DNA from: a virus
IMG/VR virus record: IMGVR_UViG_3300038366_000033
Coordinates: 14,378 to 78,377 of that record
Reading direction: 5' to 3' (one strand)
Length of the DNA: 64,000 nt
The notes under the pieces are model-generated. The model ran no database searches, was not told the origin of the DNA, and saw nothing but the letters and a program-made list of their open reading frames with translations. The position numbers and the translations under genes were made by a program. Positions 8,759 through 17,553 of this stretch are shown in pieces. Each line of letters begins with the position of its first letter. Positions within the stretch are counted from its first letter, which is position 1.

Positions 8759-9288
8759 CTGACATCCGCGACAAGCACGACGAGATAGCCGAGGAGACAG
8801 ATGTCGACCTAAAAGATTTCAAATACTACGCGGTCGGATTTCACGTCGCGGACTCACTGATAGGCAAAGACCCCGGACAGCCGGAGTTCGTCGTGACGGA
8901 AGAAGACCACGAGTCGATGGTCGACCGCGGCTTCAACCATCTCGAAGAACGGTACTATGACCTAGACGGAAGATACGTCTTCACTCTCGCGGAGGGCGAC
9001 AACTCTCTGGAAGCTCACCTCAGACGAAAGAGAACTTTCACTGTCGAGGCCATCGCCATGAAACCGGGAGAGCAGAGTTACCACTTTCCGCTTATGAACA
9101 CGTTTGACGACGACAGAGAGAGACCGGAGAAACCGGTGGATCCGATAGCTGATCTCAAGAACGGGGTCATTCGCCACACGACAAAGGAGGCGGTCGAGAA
9201 CGCCGGTGACTTCCAAGAAGAGCTAGAGGACATCAAGCACAGATATCCGGACTTCGAGCTCGCAGAAGAGACAAGAAAACTGATGTGA
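8755..9288 (+). CDS. degenerate class II tRNA nucleotidyltransferase (CCA/poly(A) polymerase head domain)
   Basis: YYAVGFHVADSLIGKDPGQPEFVV; SLEAHLRRKRTFTVEAIAM; VDPIADLKNGVIRH. Confidence 0.65.
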   Translation: MTDIRDKHDEIAEETDVDLKDFKYYAVGFHVADSLIGKDPGQPEFVVTEEDHESMVDRGFNHLEERYYDLDGRYVFTLAEGDNSLEAHLRRKRTFTVEAIAMKPGEQSYHFPLMNTFDDDRERPEKPVDPIADLKNGVIRHTTKEAVENAGDFQEELEDIKHRYPDFELAEETRKLM

Positions 9289-9289
9289 G

Positions 9290-9775
9290 ATGGGCTTTGA
9301 TCTTGACTCTCTCAAAGTCGCCGAGATATCGGGAGAGGGCGCCCGGAAGAAGGTAGATCACATCATAGAACGGAACCACTACCTGCAGTCAGTACCCTTC
9401 GTGCCTACAAAACACAGATACCTGATCACCTTCGGTCTCAAAGGCGTGGTCGGTGCCGCAGCGTGGGGCAAGCCGGTCGCACGTATGGAGGACCAAGAAG
9501 ATACTGTAGAACTCCTGAGGTTCTGGACCGCCGACTCCACGCCGAAGAATACTGAGTCCAAGGCCCTAGGGTACATGATGCGAGACATGAAGGACAAGGG
9601 CTATGAGAGACTGATCGCCTACGCCTCCGAGGGAGAAAACCACGAAGGGACAATCTACAGGGCGACGAACTGGGAGATAGAGAAGAGAACAAACAGGTCG
9701 GGCACGTGGGAAAACAGATCCGGCAGAAACGACCGCGACAAGGCAGATAAGATCAAGTTCTGTAAGCAACTGTAA
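9290..9775 (+). CDS. Mom-like (GNAT-fold) DNA modification enzyme
   Basis: NHYL, GAAAWGKPVAR, ELLRFW, PKNTESKAL, IAYAS...HEGTIYRATNW. Confidence 0.8.
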   Translation: MGFDLDSLKVAEISGEGARKKVDHIIERNHYLQSVPFVPTKHRYLITFGLKGVVGAAAWGKPVARMEDQEDTVELLRFWTADSTPKNTESKALGYMMRDMKDKGYERLIAYASEGENHEGTIYRATNWEIEKRTNRSGTWENRSGRNDRDKADKIKFCKQL

Positions 9776-9798
9776 CTCTTATCACGTTTAATATACAA

Positions 9799-10635
9799 TT
9801 AAGTTTGTTTGAGCCTATTAAGTGACTGATTGATGTACTCTTGCTGCGTTTCCATTCCGATATATTCTCTATCTCTTCTCTTAGCCGCCACTAAACAACT
9901 TCCGCTTCCAGCAAAGATGTCTACTACTTTGTCTCCTTTGTACGAGTAGAATTTGATTACTCTTTCAGCCAACTCTACTGGGAAAGGGCAAGGATGGTCT
10001 GTTTCTTGAGGTGCTGTAGGTCTAATCTTCCAGGCATTTTTGCTTTGCTCTCCCTGATAGTCAGAAAGATCTATTTCATTCTCTTCCTTTTGCTCTTGAC
10101 TTTTGTCGTGGTAGATATTCTGTTTTGAGTCGCTTTCTGCTGGTTTCTGGAAGACGAAAATATATTCTGTCACTAGACTTGGATAATAATAACCAGGGTA
10201 TGGATGCTGCATCAACACTCCGGATCTTCTATCCTTAGCAACTGGTTTTTCCCAGACTATATCCTCTTGGAACTCCCAGCCAATCTCTTCCATCCAGCTG
10301 ACGAAATGAAAGGGTAATGCAACTCTATCTCCGTTCCAGGAGACAGGAGCGATGTTAACGACATTATATCCACCGGGCTCTGTTATTCTGAATAGCTCTT
10401 CAAACCTCTCAGTCAGAAAGTCTCTGTACTCATCATAATTTATATCCTCCCTCTCCCATTTTTCGTCATTGTCTAAATTTTGCGTGTGTTCATCATAATT
10501 CACAGCATTGAGGTATGGTGGAGATGTGAAGCACAAAGTAATCTCACTCTTGTCTATATCCCTCATCACATTAAGACAGTCACCTTTGATAATAGTCCCT
10601 TTGGATCCAAATGTTTCATAGTCGGAAAATTCCAT
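9799..10635 (-). CDS. beta-class DNA amino-methyltransferase (probably m4C)
   Basis: TSPPY motif IV precedes DIFAGSGS motif I; HPCPFP. Confidence 0.9.
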   Translation of the reverse strand: MEFSDYETFGSKGTIIKGDCLNVMRDIDKSEITLCFTSPPYLNAVNYDEHTQNLDNDEKWEREDINYDEYRDFLTERFEELFRITEPGGYNVVNIAPVSWNGDRVALPFHFVSWMEEIGWEFQEDIVWEKPVAKDRRSGVLMQHPYPGYYYPSLVTEYIFVFQKPAESDSKQNIYHDKSQEQKEENEIDLSDYQGEQSKNAWKIRPTAPQETDHPCPFPVELAERVIKFYSYKGDKVVDIFAGSGSCLVAAKRRDREYIGMETQQEYINQSLNRLKQT

Positions 10636-10719
10636 ATTTGTTATTAGTACTGGATTTTGATATATCCTTCCGTCGACAAAAGTACTATAAGTGAGTATAA
10701 CTTTGTGTAGTAAGGGACG

Positions 10720-10983
10720 ATGGCAGAGTACGAGGAAACCACAGATAAGATATACGAAAAAGCATACGAGCGAGTTGACGGAGACTCATTTGTTTACGCT
10801 ACAGATACTTACGACGACGGACTAGAGTATACACAGACAGACTTTGACGACTTTGAGGACGACAGGTATGAGGTAAGACACACGGATCCACTTGCACCGA
10901 CCGAGAGAGACGACACGGTTCTCTACACTTCTATGAACTGGGACGAGGCCGAGAGGTTTCTCGACGCACTTGTCGAAGAATGA
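10720..10983 (+). CDS. hypothetical acidic protein
   Basis: promoter-like element upstream, composition. Confidence 0.65.
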   Translation: MAEYEETTDKIYEKAYERVDGDSFVYATDTYDDGLEYTQTDFDDFEDDRYEVRHTDPLAPTERDDTVLYTSMNWDEAERFLDALVEE

Positions 10984-11261
10984 TCCTGTCCCAGATGATG
11001 ATCGACTTCCTACTGGCACTGGGAGGTCTGATAGGTCTGGCCACGAAGCTTTACGCACTTCTTGACGAACAGACGATATGGTCAAGACGAAGCTCTGGCT
11101 TCAACACTCTCTCATACCCGTTCACAGCACTGTTGCCGTTCGCGGCCCTTGGTCTGCCTTTCACATTCCTGACGTCATTCTGTAACTTTCTTGTCTGGGT
11201 CGGCATCTTTATCTACCGGGCACCGGAGGACGAAGACTGGCTAGGTCGTGAAAAGACTTAA
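10980..11261 (+). CDS. small 3-TM membrane protein
   Basis: three hydrophobic segments. Confidence 0.7.
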   Translation: MILSQMMIDFLLALGGLIGLATKLYALLDEQTIWSRRSSGFNTLSYPFTALLPFAALGLPFTFLTSFCNFLVWVGIFIYRAPEDEDWLGREKT

Positions 11262-11694
11262 AAAGGTCGCTCACTCTTTCTCCTCTATGAAGCAGGTAGA
11301 TGACAACCTTCACGTCGGTACAGTAAGCGAAGCCGCCAAAGTCGAATACAACATATTGAACCTTAGCGAACAGTGTATAGAAACACACGAAGACGCCGCT
11401 TATGTACACTTTCCTATATCAGAAGACGGCAGCGACGAATCCGAGATCATAAAACAGGTAATTAGGGCAGGAAGAGCTCTTCGCAAGAGAGGAGAAACGG
11501 CAGTAGTAAGTGATACTCTTTCCCAGAAGGCAGCGGTCATAGCCGCCGCAGTCATGTCTCTTGACAACTACGATTTACTCGGATCGAACCTAGAGAAGAT
11601 AAGCTATGTCAAGTCAGGCGTCGACACGGAGAACAACCTGACAAGGGAGGTCCGACAATGTCTCCTGAGTATGGGCGAGACCCAAGATTTTTAA
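11248..11694 (+). CDS. dual-specificity phosphatase-fold protein lacking CX5R
   Basis: QVDDNLHVG, ILNLSE, YVHFPISED, RKRGETAVV-SDTLSQK-AAVIAAAVM. Confidence 0.55.
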   Translation: MKRLKKVAHSFSSMKQVDDNLHVGTVSEAAKVEYNILNLSEQCIETHEDAAYVHFPISEDGSDESEIIKQVIRAGRALRKRGETAVVSDTLSQKAAVIAAAVMSLDNYDLLGSNLEKISYVKSGVDTENNLTREVRQCLLSMGETQDF

Positions 11695-11720
11695 AAGCTG
11701 AGATCTCTGATACTAATATT

Positions 11721-12089
11721 ATGACTGTAAGTAGTTGTGTGCAATGTGACGATTCAGTGATGAAGTCAACAGACGAAGTACCGTTTCTTTGCAGTTCGTG
11801 TAGAGACGATCTTACCGAAGAGATCAATAGGATTGACCGCAACTCGGACAGATACACAAAGAGAGGCAAACTCAGAAATCGTCTCAGCGATATACCGGAC
11901 GAGGCAATTCCGAAAGATATGGCGTTGATGATTGAAGAGGTTGCAGACCCTGAGGTCGAGGACCGCCAGTATAAATTAGGCAACATGGAGGAGATAAAGA
12001 AGCTCGACGACAACGAGATACACTCTCTCAATAACGACCTGTCTGAAAAAGATCGAGGCAAGATAGTTCTCAAGAAGCGATACAGGTAA
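11721..12089 (+). CDS. zinc-finger protein
   Basis: CVQC...CSSC; start moved to ATG 11721 behind TTTTAAAA. Confidence 0.7.
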   Translation: MTVSSCVQCDDSVMKSTDEVPFLCSSCRDDLTEEINRIDRNSDRYTKRGKLRNRLSDIPDEAIPKDMALMIEEVADPEVEDRQYKLGNMEEIKKLDDNEIHSLNNDLSEKDRGKIVLKKRYR

Positions 12090-12460
12090 TGGTAAAGCGA
12101 AGCTTCAAGACGCCGACCAAAGACGACCTGTTGATGGATATGGTAAAGACCAATCGCAGGACGCCTGGCGAGACAATGACCTCTTTAGAATATACGGAAC
12201 ACGGCGAATACGACCGGCACCACGCCACAAGACGATACGGTAGCTGGGAAGAAGCCAAGGCCGCTGCTGGTATCTACAAGTACGGGGACCAGTATCAGAT
12301 TTCGGAACAGGAACTCTTGGCCGACATCAAAAGGGTCGATTCGGAGGTGGACGGCAAGGTAACCGTTGACGATTACAGAGAACACGGAGAGCATCATCTT
12401 CAGACATATTACCACAGATTCGACGGTTTCGCCGAAGCAAGAGACAGGGCGCTAGACTAG
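12089..12460 (+). CDS. homing-endonuclease-associated repeat protein (2 repeats, no nuclease domain)
   Basis: Y.EHG.Y...RRYGSWEEAKAAAG and YREHGEH...HRFDGFAEARDRA. Confidence 0.75.
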   Translation: MVKRSFKTPTKDDLLMDMVKTNRRTPGETMTSLEYTEHGEYDRHHATRRYGSWEEAKAAAGIYKYGDQYQISEQELLADIKRVDSEVDGKVTVDDYREHGEHHLQTYYHRFDGFAEARDRALD

Positions 12461-12535
12461 AACACAAACCGTTTTCAATGCAGTTTATTTTAGTGTAGTC
12501 TTACACACTACACATGTAACCAAGGTGATTTTTTC

Positions 12536-13534
12536 ATGACAGAGACAAAACAAACAACACCAAATATATTCCAGGCAAGAACGAGCCTAAAACCGTACGA
12601 ATACTCGGACTTCCTTGACTACAAGGATGCAATCAGAAACTCATACTGGGTACACAACGAGTTCAACTTCTCGGGAGACGTACAGGACTTCAAGGTTGAT
12701 ACCACAGACGTAGAGAAAAGTGTAATCAGAAAAACGATGCTCGCAATATCACAGATAGAGGTATCAGTCAAGACCTTCTGGTCTGACATTTACGAGGAGA
12801 TGCCTAAGGCAGAGATTTCATCTGTCGGACAAACTTTCGCAGAGTCAGAGGTAAGGCATATGGACGCATATTCACACCTTCTCGACATCCTCGGAATAAC
12901 AGAGGACTTTGAAGAGGTAACAGAAGTACCTGCCATCAAGAACAGAATAGACTATCTGAACGAGATGAAGGAGGGCGCAGACTCGGACGACCGTAAAGAG
13001 TACGTCAAGTCCATCATGCTTTTCTCGACCTTCGTAGAACATGTATCGCTATTCTCACAGTTCTTGATCATGACGAGCTTTGACAAATATGAAAAGAAGT
13101 TCAAGGGAATCTCCAATGCCGTCGAGGCCACAAGTAAAGAAGAACAGATTCACGGTCTCTTCGGTGTCGAACTTGTTAATCAGATCCGGGAAGAAAACCC
13201 TGAGATGTTTGACAAAGAGTTCGAGCAAGAGATTCAGGATCACTGCATGAAAGCGTACGAGGCAGAACAAGACATCCTTGACTGGATATTTGAAGAAGGA
13301 GAGTTAGACTTCTTGCCACGTAAACACATCGACGAGTTCCTGAAGGACAGATTCAACCAGAGCATGGAGAATGTGGAGGTAGAACCGATTTTCGAGACAG
13401 ACGACGACCTACTAGAAGAGACAAGATGGTTTGACGAGGACATTATGATGACAAAAGACAACGACTTTTTCAGTAAGAGATCGACCACGTACAACAAGAA
13501 CACAAAATCCGTCACGGCTGGTGACATGTTCTAA
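12536..13534 (+). CDS. nrdB: ribonucleotide reductase class I beta subunit
   Basis: ESEVRHMDAY, EHVSLFSQF, KEEQIH diiron motifs; DFFSKRSTTY tail. Confidence 0.95.
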   Translation: MTETKQTTPNIFQARTSLKPYEYSDFLDYKDAIRNSYWVHNEFNFSGDVQDFKVDTTDVEKSVIRKTMLAISQIEVSVKTFWSDIYEEMPKAEISSVGQTFAESEVRHMDAYSHLLDILGITEDFEEVTEVPAIKNRIDYLNEMKEGADSDDRKEYVKSIMLFSTFVEHVSLFSQFLIMTSFDKYEKKFKGISNAVEATSKEEQIHGLFGVELVNQIREENPEMFDKEFEQEIQDHCMKAYEAEQDILDWIFEEGELDFLPRKHIDEFLKDRFNQSMENVEVEPIFETDDDLLEETRWFDEDIMMTKDNDFFSKRSTTYNKNTKSVTAGDMF

Positions 13535-15219
13535 TGGAGAACGTACTGGCCAAGAAACGAGAAGAACACAAAGAGCCTTGGTACTGGCTAAACGATGACG
13601 CCAGAGAGTTCCTAGACAACGGCTACCTCCTAGAAGGAACCGGACCGAAGGAAAGAGTCCGCGATATCGCAGAACGGGCAGAAGAGATACTCGGCGAAGA
13701 GGGCTTCGCAGACAAGTTCTACGAGTATGTATCCAAGGGTTATTACTCCCTTGCAAGTCCGATCTGGTCCAACTTCGGTCTCGATAGAGGGTTACCTATT
13801 TCCTGTTTCGGGAGCTACATGGAAGACAACATGGAAAGTATACTTTACACCCATGCCGAAGTAGGAGAGATGACCAAACAGGGTGGTGGAACCTCAGGGT
13901 ACATGGGGAACCTGAGACCTAGGGGTGCGCCAATTACTAACAACGGCAAGTCAAACGGAAGCTACTCATTCACCGAGCTATTCGATACAGCCATCAATGT
14001 CATCTCTCAGGGCGAGACAAGAAGAGGTCAGTTCGCAGGATACATCGACGTAGAACATGATGACCTTGACGAATGGCTGAACATCAAGACCGAGGGCGAC
14101 CCCGTGCAGGATATTTACTACGGCGTCATCATAGGTGACGAATGGTTCGAAGAAATGGTCAACGGCGACGAGGAAAAGAGAGAAACATGGGCCGAGATCA
14201 TCGAAACCAGAATCAACATCGGCGTACCTTACATCATCTTCAGAGGCAACATGAACGAGGGCAAGCCACAGGTATACAAGGATAAAGACTACGAAATCAA
14301 CGCCTCGAACCTCTGTACAGAGATCGCACTTCCGGCGACACCAGACGAGTCATTTGTTTGCTGCCTCTGTTCAATGAACGCACTGCACTACGACCAGTGG
14401 AAAGATACTGACGCAGTAGAAACATTGACGTACTTCCTAGACGCAGTCATGGAAGAGTTTATACAGGAAGCCGAGGGAGTCCAGTTCATGGAGAGGGCCG
14501 TCAAGTTTGCCAAGCGCCACAGAGCTATCGGCATTGGCGTACTCGGATGGCACAGCTATCTACAGTCAAAGGGCATACCTTTCGACAGTATGGAAGCCAT
14601 GAACCACAACAGGGAGATCTTCTCTCATATCGAAGAAAAGTCTTACGAGGCATCAGAGGAGCTAGCCGACAAACTTGGCGAGCCAGAGATGCTAGAGGGC
14701 TACGGCAGACGTAATACGACCACGATGTCTGTCGCACCGACAAAGTCAAGTTCGATAATTCTTGGCCAAGTATCACCAAGCATCGAGCCACTAAAGGCAA
14801 ACTACTTCGTGAGAGACGGAGCTAAGTTGAAGTCCACACAGAAAAACAGATTCCTAGAAGCCATCTTACAGGACCGTGGAGAAGACAACAGAGAGACATG
14901 GGATAGTATCGCCCAGAAGGACGGAAGCGTACAACATCTCGACTGTCTGACCGACGAAGAGAAAGAAGTATTCAAGACTTTCTCAGAGATCCCTCAGATG
15001 GCGGTAATCAATCAGGCGGCTCAAAGACAGAACTACATCGACCAAGCACAGTCAGTCAACATTTCCCTAGACCCCGCAGAAGTGCCACTTGAAGACATCA
15101 ACGAACTTTACATACAGGCATGGAAGAAAGGCGTAAAATCACTCTACTACCAGAACTCTGTCAACGCTGCACAGAAATTCAGCAGAGACATTCTGGACTG
15201 CAAGGCGTGTGAAGGATGA
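13534..15219 (+). CDS. nrdA: ribonucleotide reductase class I alpha subunit (no ATP cone)
   Basis: LPISCF, SNLCTEI, APTKSSS, KSLYY, C-terminal CKAC. Confidence 0.95.
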   Translation: MENVLAKKREEHKEPWYWLNDDAREFLDNGYLLEGTGPKERVRDIAERAEEILGEEGFADKFYEYVSKGYYSLASPIWSNFGLDRGLPISCFGSYMEDNMESILYTHAEVGEMTKQGGGTSGYMGNLRPRGAPITNNGKSNGSYSFTELFDTAINVISQGETRRGQFAGYIDVEHDDLDEWLNIKTEGDPVQDIYYGVIIGDEWFEEMVNGDEEKRETWAEIIETRINIGVPYIIFRGNMNEGKPQVYKDKDYEINASNLCTEIALPATPDESFVCCLCSMNALHYDQWKDTDAVETLTYFLDAVMEEFIQEAEGVQFMERAVKFAKRHRAIGIGVLGWHSYLQSKGIPFDSMEAMNHNREIFSHIEEKSYEASEELADKLGEPEMLEGYGRRNTTTMSVAPTKSSSIILGQVSPSIEPLKANYFVRDGAKLKSTQKNRFLEAILQDRGEDNRETWDSIAQKDGSVQHLDCLTDEEKEVFKTFSEIPQMAVINQAAQRQNYIDQAQSVNISLDPAEVPLEDINELYIQAWKKGVKSLYYQNSVNAAQKFSRDILDCKACEG

Positions 15220-15365
15220 CAGACGAGTGTATTGCGTGCGGTGACGGTGCAGATTCGGCAGAGGCGCTTCAGGAGATCATCGAGGAGAAGAAAGAAGAAT
15301 GTCCCGAGTGTGGATCTGAAGATTACGACGCCGAAGACGGTTGTCCAGATTGCAGTCGCGAATAG
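15216..15365 (+). CDS. 49-aa triple-CxxC microprotein (not in ORF track)
   Basis: MTDECIACGDG...CPECG...CPDCSRE; ATGA overlap with nrdA. Confidence 0.7.
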   Translation: MTDECIACGDGADSAEALQEIIEEKKEECPECGSEDYDAEDGCPDCSRE

Positions 15366-15548
15366 CCCTACTATTTTCCCACTGTACCGGGTGATTTTCC
15401 CGGTTATTCTTCCCCTATTTAACTGAGTTTTACCTGCCCGAAAACCATTATGATTGAGAAAAAACACATCATATTACATGTTGATATCGATACACAAATT
15501 CTTCTGTCGCCAAGTGAGAAAGCTAAAATGTAACTGCCACGACCACAG

Positions 15549-16397
15549 ATGAGTGAGGATGACGCCGGAACTGAGAGAATAAGGCGTTACCTCGACGGAG
15601 AAGATAAACGACACTACGAGAGGGACGACACCGACGTTTACTCCGTCACGACGATTCTCGACGAAGAAAATGACGGGGAGCCATATTACATCCAGCAGTG
15701 GAAGAAAAACAACGACGGCAAGGGCGACAACGCATACTGGAAAGACATACTCGAATACAAGAAAAACCGCGGCACGATGGCACACTATGCTGCACTATCT
15801 CAACTGGAAGAACACCACCCTCACGCAGAAGAGCTCTGGAGCGGCGATGAAAAGTCTTCACTTGACGCTATCATGGACAGAACGGGAGACAAAGACTTTC
15901 TGTACTCTGTTCTCAAAGACCGTGGAATGATAGAATCACGTGACGCCTACGAACCGATAAAAGACGAGATAGAGCTTACCGACATTTTCTACAACGACAT
16001 GGACTATTTCAAGGACGCCTTCGCAGAAACTATGATAGATAAAGGTGTCACGCCAGAGGACGTAGAATCCGTAGAACACATGTTTGCGCTACCGGAGGGT
16101 CAGAACCACTCAGGTTACGGAGGCCAGGCCGACATGATCTATGAGGATCCTTACAACGGTGACCACGTAGTAGTAGATCTCAAGACGTCAAAGAACGTAT
16201 ATGACAAACACAAGAAACAGGCGGCAGCATACGCAGAGGCAGCCAAACAGTCACCAGACATGAACGGCGACTACATTGATAGAGCGGAAATATGGCGATT
16301 CTTTCCTGACGAAGAAGAAAAGGAGATATATGAAATCGATGACCACAGAGAGTACTGGGACGACTTTGCCCAGCTCACTGATGAAGCTTACGACTAA
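15549..16397 (+). CDS. PD-(D/E)XK exonuclease
   Basis: YSVTTIL, RGTMAH, YGGQAD, VVDLKTS, QAAAY. Confidence 0.85.
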   Translation: MSEDDAGTERIRRYLDGEDKRHYERDDTDVYSVTTILDEENDGEPYYIQQWKKNNDGKGDNAYWKDILEYKKNRGTMAHYAALSQLEEHHPHAEELWSGDEKSSLDAIMDRTGDKDFLYSVLKDRGMIESRDAYEPIKDEIELTDIFYNDMDYFKDAFAETMIDKGVTPEDVESVEHMFALPEGQNHSGYGGQADMIYEDPYNGDHVVVDLKTSKNVYDKHKKQAAAYAEAAKQSPDMNGDYIDRAEIWRFFPDEEEKEIYEIDDHREYWDDFAQLTDEAYD

Positions 16398-16675
16398 AGC
16401 CCTAGGAGACCGGCCACATAGATCGCCGATCCGATTGCACCGTACTTCAGAAGATACGATGAAACAAGCAGATAGATGTAGTAATGCTTGTCATTCTCCT
16501 CGAACTCTTTGAACGGTCTGTCTCTGAAAGATTTGAGGGCCTCCGCGAAGTTGTCGGGACGCCAGTACTTTACCATACCGTCGTAGATGCCTCTGTGAAT
16601 TTCTCTTGCTTCCTGTGCGGTGTTCGGACCAATACCTTTGGCCCAAGTGACCGCGTACTTAACCTTTTCTTTCAT
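16394..16675 (-). CDS. small membrane protein
   Basis: C-terminal hydrophobic helix; coupled to ORF 16672. Confidence 0.6.
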   Translation of the reverse strand: MKEKVKYAVTWAKGIGPNTAQEAREIHRGIYDGMVKYWRPDNFAEALKSFRDRPFKEFEENDKHYYIYLLVSSYLLKYGAIGSAIYVAGLLGL

Positions 16676-17202
16676 CTTTCTAGCTTATTGGGTTCGTGAA
16701 TCGTAATCACGCCCTTTTCCTCATACTCCATGAGTTTTTCCGATAACTGGATTGCGGTGTTGTTTGTTACCTCGACGTTGTTTATCTGAGTGTTGGGTGT
16801 TGTTGCCTCTTCGATATACTCCTTCTGGAACTCCATGAGTTTACGGACCTCTTTCATGACTTGAAGGATCTGACCTACGTCCTGTTTGTTCTGTTCATCA
16901 AGGGTCACTTCCAGAATCGTGTCAAGCTTGTCTTCCATCTGTTCTATCTTGTTCCCGTACTCAAGTATGAGCTCCTGTTTCTCCTGAGCCAAATATCCTT
17001 TGTTCTCTTCGGTCATACGAGCGAGTCTTTCATCCTTGTTGTTGTTGAGATAATTCTTTACCGACTCGTGGCTGATATCTGTGTTGAACCTCTCGCTGAC
17101 CTCGTCCGCTATGTCTCTGAGTGACTTTCCCTGAGCGTGAAGACTCATTACCGCGGACTCACAAGTCCATCCGTTTTTCTTGACTTTGTTTTTCCTTCCC
17201 AT
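16672..17202 (-). CDS. HTH + coiled-coil protein, candidate terminase small subunit
   Basis: GKSLRDIADEVSERFNTDISHESVKNYL; helical core; NTQINNVEV strand. Confidence 0.55.
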   Translation of the reverse strand: MGRKNKVKKNGWTCESAVMSLHAQGKSLRDIADEVSERFNTDISHESVKNYLNNNKDERLARMTEENKGYLAQEKQELILEYGNKIEQMEDKLDTILEVTLDEQNKQDVGQILQVMKEVRKLMEFQKEYIEEATTPNTQINNVEVTNNTAIQLSEKLMEYEEKGVITIHEPNKLER

Positions 17203-17288
17203 ACCGAGACTACATATTTAGCTCATTAATAAAGATAACGCGGTTTTGACCGAAGAGCATAAAAGTACTGATAAACAATATGTATAAT

Positions 17289-17543
17289 ATGACAGAGGTC
17301 GTTGAAATAAGAAAAGAAGATCTAGCGAAGCTACTTGAACTTATCAATTACGACCTTGAGCTCCTTGAAGATGTCCCGGTCCTGGTGGACGAAGAAAGGG
17401 ACGCAGAAATTAGCAAGAACATAGGCAAACTGCTAGAGATAAATTACGACAGTATGAACAAGTTGAAGAAGAGATATTCATTTATCAGAGATTATCAGGG
17501 CCCGGACTCGGAGCTCGAAAAACTAGAACAAGAATTTCTTTAG
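17289..17543 (+). CDS. hypothetical protein
   Basis: first gene of the radA unit. Confidence 0.6.
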   Translation: MTEVVEIRKEDLAKLLELINYDLELLEDVPVLVDEERDAEISKNIGKLLEINYDSMNKLKKRYSFIRDYQGPDSELEKLEQEFL

Positions 17544-17553
17544 GTGACAACCA

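Noticed and set aside
12490-12520. NrdR box upstream of RNR
   Set aside because: Only the first half resembles the consensus, and NrdR is mainly bacterial.
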